From the NCBI GenBank assembly GCA_024681795.1, contig JAILAD010000005.1, positions 23,926-87,925 on the forward strand: a stretch of DNA of 64,000 bases, in the 5' to 3' direction. Below are positions 47,343 to 57,849 of the stretch, one piece after another. Source of the DNA: Lachnospiraceae bacterium (GTDB lineage: Bacteria > Bacillota > Clostridia > Lachnospirales > Lachnospiraceae). Position numbers and translations under genes: made by a program. Below the pieces are notes generated by a model that saw only the letters and a list, made by a program, of their open reading frames with translations, had not been told where the DNA came from and made no database searches. How positions within the stretch are numbered: position 1 is the stretch's first letter; each line of letters starts with the position of its first letter.

Positions 47343-48686
47343 ATGAAGAAAAAAGTGCTTCAGATGATCGGTGTTTTAACGGCGACAGTAATGATTGCGG
47401 GATGTACGAATCCGGGAAAGATACCTGCGGTTACGGGAAATCCGGACTCTGAAATACCGGTAACTTCCGGTACGTTAAGCGGAGAAAGTGTGAATCTTAC
47501 GGAAGGGAGAACGGGGATTGCCGCAAGAAACGTATATCCGACCGATGAGGAGACCTCGGCTCTGTCCGGTGCAGCATTTGCGCTGTTTGAAGAAGTGATG
47601 GACGAAAAAGAAGGAGAGAATGTTCTGCTTTCTCCGGTTTCAATTGATTTTGCACTCGGTATGACGGAAAACGGTGCGGCCGGAAATACGCTTGCACAGA
47701 TGGAAGAGACGGTAAACGGAGGCATCTCGGGTGAAAAACTGAATCCGATTATGAAACTTTTATCCGAACGTTTTATGAATGCCGCAGAGGTGAAATGGAA
47801 CGTGGCGAATTCCGTTTGGTTTAAAAACGACGATCAGATACAGATGAAGATGAAGGACGATTTTCTCGATCAGACGGTCGGTTATTATGATGCGGATGTA
47901 TATCTTTCGCCCTTTGATAACCGGACGATATCGGATATTAACAACTGGGTGAGTCTGGAAACGGACGGAATGATTACGGATGTTCTGGATTCCATTGACC
48001 CGAATACGATTATGTATCTGATCAATGCGATATCCTTTGACGGAGAGTGGGCAACAGAGTATGAAGAAGATAAAATTACGGAAGATCGTGAATTCCGTAA
48101 TCTTGACGGAAGTATTTCCAAAGTAACGATGCTTGGAAGCACGGAAAGCAGGTATTTTGAAATTGCCGGAGGAGAAGGATTTATCAAACCCTATAAGGGG
48201 CTTGAGTATTCATTTGTCGGAATTCTTCCCGGCGAAGGAGAGACTCCGGAATCCCTGATTGCAAAGATGAATCAGTCGAATACGGATTTTGCAAATGCCG
48301 TAAAGAACGCGGAAAATACGGAAGTAAAAGTGCAGATGCCGGAGTTTTCCTGTGATTTTGAAACGGAATTAAGTGATACATACAAAAAAATGGGTATGAC
48401 GGAACCGTTCAGTGAAACGGATGCTGATTTTTCGAGAATGCTGGAATCCACGGACGGAAGCCTTTTTGAATGCTGGATTGGCAGTATTATTCATAAAACG
48501 CATATCGACGTGGATCGAAAGGGTACCAAAGCCGCTGCGGTTACGGTTGTCGAAATGCGTTACAAAAATGCGGTTTCCTTTGATGAATCGAAAACCATTA
48601 TACTGAACCGGCCGTTTGTTTATGCGATTGTTGAGAATGAGACAGGTCTTCCGGTATTTCTGGGCTGTGTGAATAATATGGAATAA
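47343..48686 (+). CDS. Serpin-family lipoprotein (serpin 1)
   Basis: Lipobox IAGC21; NVLLSP.S, LINAISFDGEW, HKTHIDVDRKGTKAAAVT, NRPFVYAI..ETG.PVFLG.V. Confidence 0.95.
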   Translation: MKKKVLQMIGVLTATVMIAGCTNPGKIPAVTGNPDSEIPVTSGTLSGESVNLTEGRTGIAARNVYPTDEETSALSGAAFALFEEVMDEKEGENVLLSPVSIDFALGMTENGAAGNTLAQMEETVNGGISGEKLNPIMKLLSERFMNAAEVKWNVANSVWFKNDDQIQMKMKDDFLDQTVGYYDADVYLSPFDNRTISDINNWVSLETDGMITDVLDSIDPNTIMYLINAISFDGEWATEYEEDKITEDREFRNLDGSISKVTMLGSTESRYFEIAGGEGFIKPYKGLEYSFVGILPGEGETPESLIAKMNQSNTDFANAVKNAENTEVKVQMPEFSCDFETELSDTYKKMGMTEPFSETDADFSRMLESTDGSLFECWIGSIIHKTHIDVDRKGTKAAAVTVVEMRYKNAVSFDESKTIILNRPFVYAIVENETGLPVFLGCVNNME

Positions 48687-48788
48687 ATTATTATAGAATA
48701 AAATTTGTGTATTTTCACGATTTTTTGTGTTACAATATTTAATAATTCGTCGATTTGACATTTTTAAAGAGAAAGTGCAGAAAATCGT

Positions 48789-50483
48789 ATGGAAATGGAC
48801 AAAGACAGACTCTGGAAATATTATCAACTCATGGAACAGATTACGGACATGACCTGCAGACTGGAGGATTTCGACAGGGAAGAGTTCGTTAATCTGCTTT
48901 CGCAGTTTTGCGAGTTGTTCCGTATTGCCAAAGGTGTTACGGAATTCTATACGAATCGTCGAAACGAGGCGGAAAAAAAGGGCGAAATTCTTGTTGATTT
49001 CGATAACGGCAGGGGTGAAATCCCGGTTATTTACAGAAGAGTCAGCCCTCCGTCCGGAGTGGTTATAATCGGTACGCTTTATATGGCAAAGGATGACGAA
49101 CCGCTTTCCGATGAGGAAAAAGAGAAAGTCGATATGGTTTACCGGCTTTTAATGAGCTTTATCGCGAGAAACCGGCTTCAGAGAACGGTTTTGCAGTTTG
49201 CGTTTACGGATGAAGACGGATTTGCAAATCGTCGTTCCATGATGAATTTTATAGATGAAAAAATAGTCAAAGGCGAACAGTACGGAAATATTGCAGCATG
49301 CATTAACCTGAAGAATTTCAACGCAATCAACCAGGAAGTCGGCAGAAAAAAAGGCGACTATATTTTAAGAAGTGTTTACGAGTATTTGAAAAACGAAATC
49401 GGAGAAGACGGTCACATCAGCCGTCTCGGCGGCGATAATTTTATTCTGTTTTTCCGGAATGAATTAAGGGATAAGATTCTGGAAAGCTTTTCGGGAATTC
49501 CCGTTGAATATGATCCGGTGGAACATAAAAAAATAATTGTCTCCGCAAGGGCCGGAGTATTTGTCGTTACAAAAGAAACCGAACTTACCGTTCCCGGTCA
49601 GATAATGGAGCGGATTTATCCTGCGGTTCAGATTGCAAGACAGAGCGGACAGGATATTGTATTTTATGACGGAAAAATAATTGAAATGCGGGAACATGTT
49701 GCAAAGGTCCGGAAGGATTTTGCACGGGGATTGGAAAAGAAGGAAATAGTGGCATTTTATCAGCCGAAGGTAGATGTCAATACCGGAAAGATTGTCGGTG
49801 CGGAGGCTCTTTGCAGATGGTTCCGAAACGGTCAGACGGTGATGCCGATGGAATTCATTCCGATTCTGGAAAGAAGCATGGATATCTGCAGGCTTGATTT
49901 TTTCATGTTTGAGACGGTATGTGCGGATATCAGAAGATGGCTGGATGAAGGAAGAACGGTTCCGCGTATTTCCGTGAATTTTTCCAGAAAACACCTGAAT
50001 AATCCGGATTTGCTCGGCCGTATCCTGGAGATTATAAACCGTTATGAAATCAGGCGAAAATATCTTGAAATTGAGCTGACCGAGACAACCACGGATGTGG
50101 AATTCAATCAGTTAAACCGTATTGTAACGGGACTTCACAGGGAAGGAATCAGTGCTTCCGTGGATGATTTCGGAAACGGCTATTCGTCTCTTAACTTAAT
50201 CCGTTCGATTCCCTGGGATGTCATAAAGATTGACCGTTCGCTTCTTCCGACGGATTCCGACAACGAGGAGGGAATCACAAACCGGATGTATAGTCACGTT
50301 GTTTCCATGGCGACGGATATCGGCTTAAAATGTATAACGGAGGGCGTGGAGACTAAAAGACAGGTTGATATTTTAAGAAAAAATAACTGCCCGGTTGCAC
50401 AGGGATTCTATTTTGACAAACCTCTCCCTGCGGAGACGTTTGAAAAACTTCTGGAGGGAACGCCGTATCGGGATAAAATATAA
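48789..50483 (+). CDS. GGDEF(degenerate)-EAL protein, likely c-di-GMP phosphodiesterase
   Basis: GGDNF instead of GGDEF; FYQPKV, AEALCRW, ELTE, DDFGNGYSS, EGVET, QGFYF. Confidence 0.9.
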   Translation: MEMDKDRLWKYYQLMEQITDMTCRLEDFDREEFVNLLSQFCELFRIAKGVTEFYTNRRNEAEKKGEILVDFDNGRGEIPVIYRRVSPPSGVVIIGTLYMAKDDEPLSDEEKEKVDMVYRLLMSFIARNRLQRTVLQFAFTDEDGFANRRSMMNFIDEKIVKGEQYGNIAACINLKNFNAINQEVGRKKGDYILRSVYEYLKNEIGEDGHISRLGGDNFILFFRNELRDKILESFSGIPVEYDPVEHKKIIVSARAGVFVVTKETELTVPGQIMERIYPAVQIARQSGQDIVFYDGKIIEMREHVAKVRKDFARGLEKKEIVAFYQPKVDVNTGKIVGAEALCRWFRNGQTVMPMEFIPILERSMDICRLDFFMFETVCADIRRWLDEGRTVPRISVNFSRKHLNNPDLLGRILEIINRYEIRRKYLEIELTETTTDVEFNQLNRIVTGLHREGISASVDDFGNGYSSLNLIRSIPWDVIKIDRSLLPTDSDNEEGITNRMYSHVVSMATDIGLKCITEGVETKRQVDILRKNNCPVAQGFYFDKPLPAETFEKLLEGTPYRDKI

Positions 50484-50528
50484 ACCTACGCTGTTGATTA
50501 CCGGTTAACCCCCGGTTTGGATGAGCTT

Positions 50529-50563
50529 AAAATGACAGGGATTTTTCACCCTGTCATTTTTTT
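50529..50563 (+). terminator. Terminator after EAL gene
   Basis: aaaatgacaggg-atttttca-ccctgtcatttt plus T-run. Confidence 0.85.
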
Positions 50564-50669
50564 CGGTTTTTTTCAAAAAATCCATAAAAGGAGAGCAGCT
50601 TTTTCGTATCTTTTATATCGAATGAATATTTATTATGAAATGTAATCTGACAGAGGAGAGGAATTTTGA

Positions 50670-52025
50670 ATGAAAAAGAAATTATTACAGGTAATCGGTT
50701 TATTCAGTGCAATTTTAGTGCTTTCGGGATGCAGTAACGCAAACAAAAATCCGGGACCTTTTCCGGTTCCTGTTTCGGAAAATCCTGCGGTTTCCGAATC
50801 CGGTGAAACGATTCCGGGGGAGACCGTTAATCTGACCGAAGGACGGACACCGAAGGAAATTGAATCGGGAGATGTTTCTCCGGAACAATTCAGTGCATTA
50901 TCCGATGCGTCCGTGAAACTTTTGTATCAGACCATGCAGGACGAAGAAGATCCGAATAAGAATATTCTGATTTCTCCGCTGTCAGTCCAGACTGCGCTCG
51001 GAATGGCAGAACTCGGTGCAGAGGGAGATACGCTGAAACAGATGGAAAAAATTGTAAACGGTAATTTGTCCCGGGAGGAACTTGCCCTTCTGGTAAACAG
51101 TCTGGCAAAAACCATGCAGAATGCTCCGGATGTGGAGTGGAATGTGGCAAATTCCTTATGGTTTCGGGATGACGGAATTATCGTACCGAAAGAAGAATAT
51201 CTGAATGATGTCGTATCGCATTATCATTCGGATGTTTTTAAGGCTCCGTTTGACAATCGGACGTTAAAGGATATTAACGGATGGGTTGATACCGAGACGA
51301 AACATATGATTCCGGAAATCATCTCCGAGATTCCGGAGGAAGCATATATGTATTTAATTAACGCCGTTGCCTTTGAAGCGGAATGGCAGGAACCCTATGA
51401 AGATGATCAGGTTCAGGAAGGACGTTATTTTACAAATCTTGACGGAAGCGAAACGGAAACGACCATGCTTGCTTCAAAGGAGTACGGATATTTTACACTG
51501 GAAGGCGGGAAGGGATTCTTGAAACCTTATAAGGGCGGGGAATATTCTTTTGTCGGAATTTTACCGGAAGAGGGACAGTCCCCGGAGGAGTATCTGAAGA
51601 AGATTTCTTCTTCCGGTGCGGATTTTTCAAAAGCGGTAAGAGAAGCGGAGGATGAAGAGGTAAATGTATTGATTCCGGAATTTACGCAGGATTATAATAA
51701 AGAGCTTTCTGAAATTTTTAAGGAAATGGAAATGGAGCAGCCGTTCAATCCGGAACAGGCGGAATTTTATCAAATGATGGAACCCGTCAATCAAAGTCCC
51801 TATCAGGTCTGGATCGGAAAAATCCTGCATAAAACGCATATCGAAGTGGATCGGAAAGGAACTAAAGCCGCTGCGGTAACGGCAGTTCAGATGGAGTTGT
51901 GTACCGCCGTTATGCCGGTAGAGGAAGTAAAGACAGTCCGTCTTGACAGACCTTTTGTATACGCGGTTGTTGATAATGCGACAGGCTATCCGGTATTTTT
52001 TGGTGTACAGAATTCCATGCAGTAG
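50670..52025 (+). CDS. Serpin-family lipoprotein (serpin 2)
   Basis: Lipobox LSGC21; NILISPLS, LINAVAFEAEW, HKTHIEVDRKGTKAAAVT, DRPFVYAV. Confidence 0.95.
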   Translation: MKKKLLQVIGLFSAILVLSGCSNANKNPGPFPVPVSENPAVSESGETIPGETVNLTEGRTPKEIESGDVSPEQFSALSDASVKLLYQTMQDEEDPNKNILISPLSVQTALGMAELGAEGDTLKQMEKIVNGNLSREELALLVNSLAKTMQNAPDVEWNVANSLWFRDDGIIVPKEEYLNDVVSHYHSDVFKAPFDNRTLKDINGWVDTETKHMIPEIISEIPEEAYMYLINAVAFEAEWQEPYEDDQVQEGRYFTNLDGSETETTMLASKEYGYFTLEGGKGFLKPYKGGEYSFVGILPEEGQSPEEYLKKISSSGADFSKAVREAEDEEVNVLIPEFTQDYNKELSEIFKEMEMEQPFNPEQAEFYQMMEPVNQSPYQVWIGKILHKTHIEVDRKGTKAAAVTAVQMELCTAVMPVEEVKTVRLDRPFVYAVVDNATGYPVFFGVQNSMQ

Positions 52026-52064
52026 ATTTTACGTCAGGGGATTATTAACCGGAATTCCGTTTAT

Positions 52065-52098
52065 AAATCAGGGCAGGTGGTTCTGTCCTGATTTTTTT
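52065..52098 (+). terminator. Terminator after serpin 2
   Basis: aaatcagggcag-gtggtt-ctgtcctgattt plus T-run. Confidence 0.8.
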
Positions 52099-52351
52099 CT
52101 TGCATATTTGTACGAAAACTTATAAAATAAATTCAGTCGATTTCTTCGACCGGACATATGCCGGCAAATCTGTACGGCATTCTGTAATTCAGGCGGCATT
52201 TCGCCGAAAGAAATTTCCGATTTTTATTACAAAAAGACGGGAGGTGGTGCCTTTGAGGGATGTTTATGGGACTCAAAGAAGCGCATAATCAGAATTGTTC
52301 GCGGCGAAAGATAAATATTCCGCGGAAAATTTGGAAATTAAAGAAAAATTG

Positions 52352-52401
52352 TTGACAAATACGAACATTTGTTTTATTGTTAAAAACAGAACAAATGTTC
52401 A
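52352..52401 (+). promoter_or_regulatory. recA SigA promoter with two LexA (SOS) boxes
   Basis: TTGACA-17-TATTGT; CGAAC-ATTT-GTTTT (52362-52375) and AGAAC-AAAT-GTTCA (52388-52401) match the Gram-positive GAAC-N4-GTTC box. Confidence 0.85.
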
Positions 52402-52424
52402 AACAAGAAGGAGATTATATCATT

Positions 52425-53516
52425 ATGGAAAGAGAAGAAAAATTAAAAGCATTGGACGCTGCACTTTCGCAGATTGAAAGACAATTCGGAAAGGGCGCGG
52501 TTATGAAATTAGGGGATCCGGCCTCTACCATGAATGTGGAAACGATTCCCACAGGTTCTTTAAGTTTGGACATTGCGCTTGGCCTCGGCGGTATTCCGAA
52601 AGGAAGAATCGTTGAAATCTTCGGACCGGAATCTTCCGGAAAGACGACCGTTACGCTTCATATGATTGCTGAAGTTCAGAAACGCGGAGGTATCGCAGGA
52701 TTTATCGATGCTGAGCATGCACTGGATCCCGCGTATGCGAAGGCAATCGGAGTGGATGTTGATAATATGTATATTTCACAGCCGGATAACGGGGAACAGG
52801 CTCTTGAGATTACCGAGACCATGGTTCGTTCCGGTGCAATTGATATCGTTGTTGTGGACTCTGTTGCGGCACTTGTTCCGAAAGCAGAGCTGGAAGGTGA
52901 TATGGGAGATTCCCATGTGGGCCTTCAGGCAAGACTTATGTCCCAGGCTTTGAGAAAACTGACCGGAGCCATCGGAAGAAGCAACTGTACGGTTGTGTTT
53001 ATTAACCAGCTTCGTGAAAAGGTCGGCGTGTTCTATGGCAATCCTCAGGTAACGACCGGTGGTAACGCACTTAAATTCTACAGTTCCGTACGTATGGAAA
53101 TCCGTCGTGTGGAACAGTTGAAAGCAGGCGGAGACATTATCGGTAACAGAACCCGCGCCAAGATTGTAAAGAACAAGATTGCGCCTCCGTTTAAAGAAGC
53201 GGAATTTGATATTATGTTCGGTGAGGGAATATCTTTCGAGGGTGATGTGCTTGATCTGGCTGCCGAAATCGGTGTTATTCAGAAGAGCGGAGCATGGTAT
53301 GCATATGAGGGAAATAAGATCGGTCAGGGAAGAGATAATGCAAAGACGTTCTTAAAAGAGAATCCGGATATCTGCAGACTCGTAGAGCAGAAGGTCAGAG
53401 AGCATTACGGACTTCTGGGAACCGCTTCGGAAACCGATGACAAGGCGGATGCCCCAGCAGAGAAGAAAAGTACCAGAAAGAAAGGTTCCATTGCAGATGC
53501 TGCCGAAGTGGACTGA
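52425..53516 (+). CDS. recA: Recombinase A
   Basis: [43 protein letters not shown]; start after AGGAG. Confidence 0.99.
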   Translation: MEREEKLKALDAALSQIERQFGKGAVMKLGDPASTMNVETIPTGSLSLDIALGLGGIPKGRIVEIFGPESSGKTTVTLHMIAEVQKRGGIAGFIDAEHALDPAYAKAIGVDVDNMYISQPDNGEQALEITETMVRSGAIDIVVVDSVAALVPKAELEGDMGDSHVGLQARLMSQALRKLTGAIGRSNCTVVFINQLREKVGVFYGNPQVTTGGNALKFYSSVRMEIRRVEQLKAGGDIIGNRTRAKIVKNKIAPPFKEAEFDIMFGEGISFEGDVLDLAAEIGVIQKSGAWYAYEGNKIGQGRDNAKTFLKENPDICRLVEQKVREHYGLLGTASETDDKADAPAEKKSTRKKGSIADAAEVD

Positions 53517-53548
53517 TTGAAACGGCAGGGCAATTATGAGATTCAATA

Positions 53549-54169
53549 ATGACAGTAACGGAAATAAAAGCGAAAAATAAAAGTAAATTCTTTGTCTGCC
53601 TTGATCATGAAGTCGCCTTTGTTTTATACAAGGGCGACTTCAATAAATATCATCTGGTTGAGGGAGAGACGGTTAATCCTGAAGAGTACGAGGAAATAAT
53701 GACAGAGGTTCTTCCGAAAAGGGCAATGAACCGGTCTTATAAACTTTTGCTGTTCAGAGATTATACCGTGAAACAATTGCAGGATAAATTATCGGGGGAC
53801 GGATATCCGCGGGAAATCATCGAATCAACCGTTGAAAAGCTAAAAGAAGAAAAGTTTCTTGATGATGAACGATTTACCGAGAATTATATATTCTGGAAAT
53901 CTCAGACGAAAAGCCGTAAAAGAATGATGATGGACTTAAACAGAAAAGGTATTGATTACGGTACGGCCTCAGATGCATATGACGATTTGCTTGAAAAGAA
54001 CGATATTGACAATGAGGAGACAATTATTCGGAAATTCCTTGATAAAAAGGGCTTTTCCGCAGATTCCGCTTCTTATGAAGAAAAGCAGAAAATGTCACAA
54101 ACGCTTCTTCGAAAAGGCTTTTCTTATGAAAGCATACACCATATCTTGGGGTATCATCCTTTTTCTTGA
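53549..54169 (+). CDS. recX: Regulatory protein RecX
   Basis: Follows recA; DYTVKQLQDKL, FLDDERF, LLRKGFSY. Confidence 0.9.
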   Translation: MTVTEIKAKNKSKFFVCLDHEVAFVLYKGDFNKYHLVEGETVNPEEYEEIMTEVLPKRAMNRSYKLLLFRDYTVKQLQDKLSGDGYPREIIESTVEKLKEEKFLDDERFTENYIFWKSQTKSRKRMMMDLNRKGIDYGTASDAYDDLLEKNDIDNEETIIRKFLDKKGFSADSASYEEKQKMSQTLLRKGFSYESIHHILGYHPFS

Positions 54170-54194
54170 CATAATTATGCACATTGTATAAAAT
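54166..54194 (+). promoter_or_regulatory. SigA-type promoter of rny
   Basis: TTGACA-17 bp-TAAAAT. Confidence 0.75.
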
Positions 54195-54285
54195 AATAAT
54201 GTTGTAGTATAGATAATTGGGGCAATTTTTGTTTTGCCCGATTAATACTTGTTCTATGAAAATTAAATAAGGAGGTGCTCCTGCA

Positions 54286-55869
54286 ATGGGATCTATGTTT
54301 GGCTCAGCCTTTTTAGGTACGCTGATCGTTATCCTGGTTACGGCAGTCATTTCCGCAGCAGTTTCAATCCTGTTGACGTTTATCCTTACGAAAAAGAAAA
54401 TCGAGAAGGATAATCAGAAAACCATCGGCAGTGCAGAAGTGAAAGCCAGAGAAATCCTGGATGAGGCTTTGAAAAATGCCGAGGAGAAAAAGAGAGAGGG
54501 ACTGCTTGAAGTCAAAGAAGAATCGATTAAAGCAAAGAATGAACTGGATCGAGAAATCAAAGACAGAAGAGCGGAAATTCAGCGCTCCGAAAGAAGAGTT
54601 CAGCAGAAAGAAGAAAGTCTTGAAAAGAAGCTGGATGCTCTGGAGAAGCGAGAAACGTCACTGGCGGCAAAGGAAGAAGATTTAGCCAAGAAAAAAGAGG
54701 TAATTTCGAAGTTAAACGAGCAAAGACTGCAGGAACTGGAAAGAATTTCCGGATTAACCTCTGAACAGGCAAAAGATTATCTGTTAAAAATTGTTGAAGA
54801 CGATGTGAAACATGAAACTGCCGTTCTCATTAAAGAAATGGAGAACAAGGCAAAGGAAGAAGCGGATAAGAAAGCAAAGGAATATGTTATCGGCGCAATT
54901 CAGAAATGTGCTGCCGATCATGTTTCGGAAGCGTCCATATCCGTGGTACAGCTTCCCGGTGATGAGATGAAGGGACGTATTATCGGTCGAGAGGGCAGAA
55001 ATATCAAAACTCTCGAGACTATGACGGGTGTTGAGTTAATCATTGACGATACTCCTGAAGCCGTCGTTTTGTCCGGCTTTGATCCGATTCGAAGAGAAGT
55101 TGCAAGAATTGCGCTGGAACGTCTTATCGTAGACGGCAGAATCCATCCTGCAAGGATTGAGGAAGCTGTTGAAAAGGCTAAAAAAGAAGTGGAAACCGTC
55201 ATGAAAGAAGAGGGTGAAGCTGCTTGCCTTGATGTAGGCGTTCACGGAATCCATCCCGAACTGGTTCGTCTGCTTGGTAAGATGAAATACAGAACCAGTT
55301 ACGGACAGAATATGTTAAAGCACTCTGTGGAAGTTGCACAGCTTTGCGGACTGCTTGCGGCAGAAATGGGATTGGATGTTCGTATCGCAAAACGTGCGGG
55401 ACTCCTTCATGATATCGGTAAATCCGTCGATCATGAAATGGAAGGTTCTCATGTTCAACTCGGAACGGAACTTTGCAGAAAATACAAAGAATCCGCAACC
55501 GTAATCAATGCGGTTGAAGCACATCACGGAGATGTGGAACCGACTTCTCTGATTGCTTGTATCGTTCAGGCTGCAGATGCCATTTCCGCAGCGAGACCGG
55601 GTGCAAGAAGAGAAACACTGGAAACATATACAACACGTCTAAAACAATTAGAAGATATCGCCAATGGTTACAAGGGCGTTGACAAATCATTTGCTATTCA
55701 GGCAGGTCGTGAAATTCGAGTAATGGTAGTTCCTGAGCAGATCACGGACGATGATATGGTGCTTTTGGCACGTGATATTTCCAAACAGATTGAAGCAGAA
55801 CTGGAATATCCCGGACAGATCAAAGTCAGCGTGATTCGTGAATCCAGAGTAGTGGATTACGCAAAGTAA
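54286..55869 (+). CDS. rny: Ribonuclease Y
   Basis: N-terminal TM, coiled coil, KH ([13 protein letters not shown]), HD (GLLHDIGK), [13 protein letters not shown]. Confidence 0.98.
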   Translation: MGSMFGSAFLGTLIVILVTAVISAAVSILLTFILTKKKIEKDNQKTIGSAEVKAREILDEALKNAEEKKREGLLEVKEESIKAKNELDREIKDRRAEIQRSERRVQQKEESLEKKLDALEKRETSLAAKEEDLAKKKEVISKLNEQRLQELERISGLTSEQAKDYLLKIVEDDVKHETAVLIKEMENKAKEEADKKAKEYVIGAIQKCAADHVSEASISVVQLPGDEMKGRIIGREGRNIKTLETMTGVELIIDDTPEAVVLSGFDPIRREVARIALERLIVDGRIHPARIEEAVEKAKKEVETVMKEEGEAACLDVGVHGIHPELVRLLGKMKYRTSYGQNMLKHSVEVAQLCGLLAAEMGLDVRIAKRAGLLHDIGKSVDHEMEGSHVQLGTELCRKYKESATVINAVEAHHGDVEPTSLIACIVQAADAISAARPGARRETLETYTTRLKQLEDIANGYKGVDKSFAIQAGREIRVMVVPEQITDDDMVLLARDISKQIEAELEYPGQIKVSVIRESRVVDYAK

Positions 55870-55875
55870 TTTTTA

Positions 55876-55908
55876 CCGGTGGCGGATTTCCGTCACCGGC
55901 CATTTTTT
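55876..55908 (+). terminator. rny terminator
   Basis: ccggtggcgga-tt-tccgtcaccgg-catttttt. Confidence 0.75.
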
Positions 55909-55948
55909 ATTATTTACTATATTGTTATTTAAAAGAAAGGGTATGGAT

Positions 55949-56503
55949 ATGAAACCGTTTGAACGACTTGACAGAAAACTTATAGCCCACGGTCATATTT
56001 TTGATTATTATGAAGATACGCTTTTTATTCCGAACGGAAATATAGCGAAATGGGACCTGATTTTGAAGAAAAGTGCAGCTGCAGTTGTCCCTGTTTTGCC
56101 TGACGGAAGAATTATCATGGTTCGCCAATACCGGAATTCCGTGGACCGCGAAACGCTTGAAATTCCTGCGGGCGCAATGAATACGGAAACGGAAGATCCG
56201 TATGAATGCGCCAAAAGAGAGTTGAAGGAAGAAACGGGATATGATTTTTACGATATGGAATTTCTGATCAGGACAAGTACGGCTGTTGCATTTTGCAATG
56301 AGGTCATACCGGTCTATGTGGCTTTTTTGAATCCTGACAGAGGCAAGCAGAATCTGGATGAGGATGAGTTCATTAAAGTGGAAACGTATCACCTTGATGA
56401 GCTGTGTGAGATGATTTATTCCGGTACGCTTACGGATGCGAAAACGGTAGCAGCGATACTTGCGTATAAGAACAAATATGTGACTAACCGAGTCAATAGC
56501 TAA
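55949..56503 (+). CDS. NUDIX hydrolase (ADP-ribose pyrophosphatase-like)
   Basis: VRQYR...LEIPAG...AKRELKEETG, DAKT. Confidence 0.92.
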   Translation: MKPFERLDRKLIAHGHIFDYYEDTLFIPNGNIAKWDLILKKSAAAVVPVLPDGRIIMVRQYRNSVDRETLEIPAGAMNTETEDPYECAKRELKEETGYDFYDMEFLIRTSTAVAFCNEVIPVYVAFLNPDRGKQNLDEDEFIKVETYHLDELCEMIYSGTLTDAKTVAAILAYKNKYVTNRVNS

Positions 56504-56715
56504 CCGGGTTTTGCGGCAGAGAAGGAATGATATTTGGTTGTCATAATGAAGTGAATTTTTTAATAATTATGTAAAGAATTCTGTCGACATAAAATCCTTT
56601 TTAAGGAAATTATGCAAACGAAAATCTATATCTAGTGTTTTAAAAACGCAAAAAACGACATCTTGTTAAAGTGTTGATTTTACTGAAAAAAATGCAATAA
56701 AAATGAAATAATTCG

Positions 56716-56744
56716 TTGATTTTATAAGGAATTCTGCTTATAAT
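56716..56744 (+). promoter_or_regulatory. SigA-type promoter of xerD
   Basis: TTGATT-17 bp-TATAAT. Confidence 0.65.
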
Positions 56745-56819
56745 GATACTTGCATGGTCAACGATTTACATAATACTTTGACCAGAAGGTTTAAAAATAT
56801 AGACAAGGATAGTCTGCGG

Positions 56820-57707
56820 ATGGAGCAACAAATCGATGCATTGATTGAATTCATGCATGAGAAGAAGAATACATCTAAAAATACTGAGTTATCATACAGA
56901 CGTGACTTAAAAAAACTTGCCGATTTTTTACAGAAGGATTTGGGGAAAAATTCTTTCAGTGAGGTTACAAAGGAAGATCTGGAGCAGTATATTGCTCATA
57001 TGTTTGAATTAAATGCTGCACCGACTTCCGTTTCTCGCAGTATTGCTTCCGCGAAAGCATTATTTTCTTATCTTCTTGAAACGGGTGAAGTGAAGGAAGA
57101 TATCGCGGCAAATCTGAAATCTCCGAAAATAGAGAAAAAAGAACCGGCCATTCTTTCCAAGAAAGACGTTATGAAACTGTTGGAACAGCCTTCCGGTAAT
57201 TCGCCCAAACAGATTCGCGACAAGGCGATGCTGGAACTTTTGTATGCGACGGGAATCCGTGTTTCCGAATTGATTAATTTGAAAACAACCGATTTGAATC
57301 TTTCCATGAGTTTCATTGTGTGTCACGACACTCATAAAGAAAGAATCATTCCGTTCGGAACCAAAGCAAAAGAGGCACTGATGGCATATCTTTCAGGTGC
57401 GCGGGAAGCGATGCTGGAAGACAAAAATTCCGAAATTCTTTTTGCAAATTGTTCCGGAGAGGCAATGAGCCGTCAGGGATTCTGGAAGATTATCAAGTAT
57501 TATGCAAAGAAAGCAGGTATCGAGGAAGATATTACCCCTCATACGTTAAGACATTCTTTTGCAGCACACCTTGTGGAAAACGGAGCGGATTTAAAGAGTG
57601 TTCAGGAAATGCTCGGGCATTCCGATATTTCCACGACACAGGTTTATTTAAATATGACGCAGAACCGTCTTCGGGAAGTTTATAATAAGACACACCCGAG
57701 AAGCTGA
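56820..57707 (+). CDS. xerD: Site-specific tyrosine recombinase XerD
   Basis: RDKAMLELLYATGIRVSEL, TPHTLRHSFAAHL.ENGADL..VQEMLGHSDISTTQVY; follows the NUDIX gene as in Firmicutes. Confidence 0.88.
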   Translation: MEQQIDALIEFMHEKKNTSKNTELSYRRDLKKLADFLQKDLGKNSFSEVTKEDLEQYIAHMFELNAAPTSVSRSIASAKALFSYLLETGEVKEDIAANLKSPKIEKKEPAILSKKDVMKLLEQPSGNSPKQIRDKAMLELLYATGIRVSELINLKTTDLNLSMSFIVCHDTHKERIIPFGTKAKEALMAYLSGAREAMLEDKNSEILFANCSGEAMSRQGFWKIIKYYAKKAGIEEDITPHTLRHSFAAHLVENGADLKSVQEMLGHSDISTTQVYLNMTQNRLREVYNKTHPRS

Positions 57708-57723
57708 TGCGGAAAATTGTTGT

Positions 57724-57761
57724 AAAAAATGAGCAGGATGGATGTCCTGCTCTTATTTTTT
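57724..57761. terminator. Bidirectional terminator between xerD and the PHP gene
   Basis: aaaaaatgagcagga...tcctgctcttatttttt. Confidence 0.75.
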
Positions 57762-57849
57762 GCGCTGTTTCTTTTTTGCTCCTTTTGCATCCGGTAAATC
57801 CTGCACCCGGTAAAGCCGGGAACAGTCATTTTAGAGAGTTCTTTTGCGG

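Noticed and set aside
52160-52215. Possible c-di-GMP-I riboswitch (GGCAAA...GAAA)
   Set aside because: Lacks the GACGCAAAG segment and the P2 architecture
52100-52288. Small ORFs between serpin 2 and recA
   Set aside because: No motif or coding signal; region better explained as terminator plus recA promoter spacer
56820-57707. Tyrosine recombinase as a prophage or island integrase
   Set aside because: XerD-type motifs, housekeeping context (NUDIX upstream) and no att or cargo genes nearby
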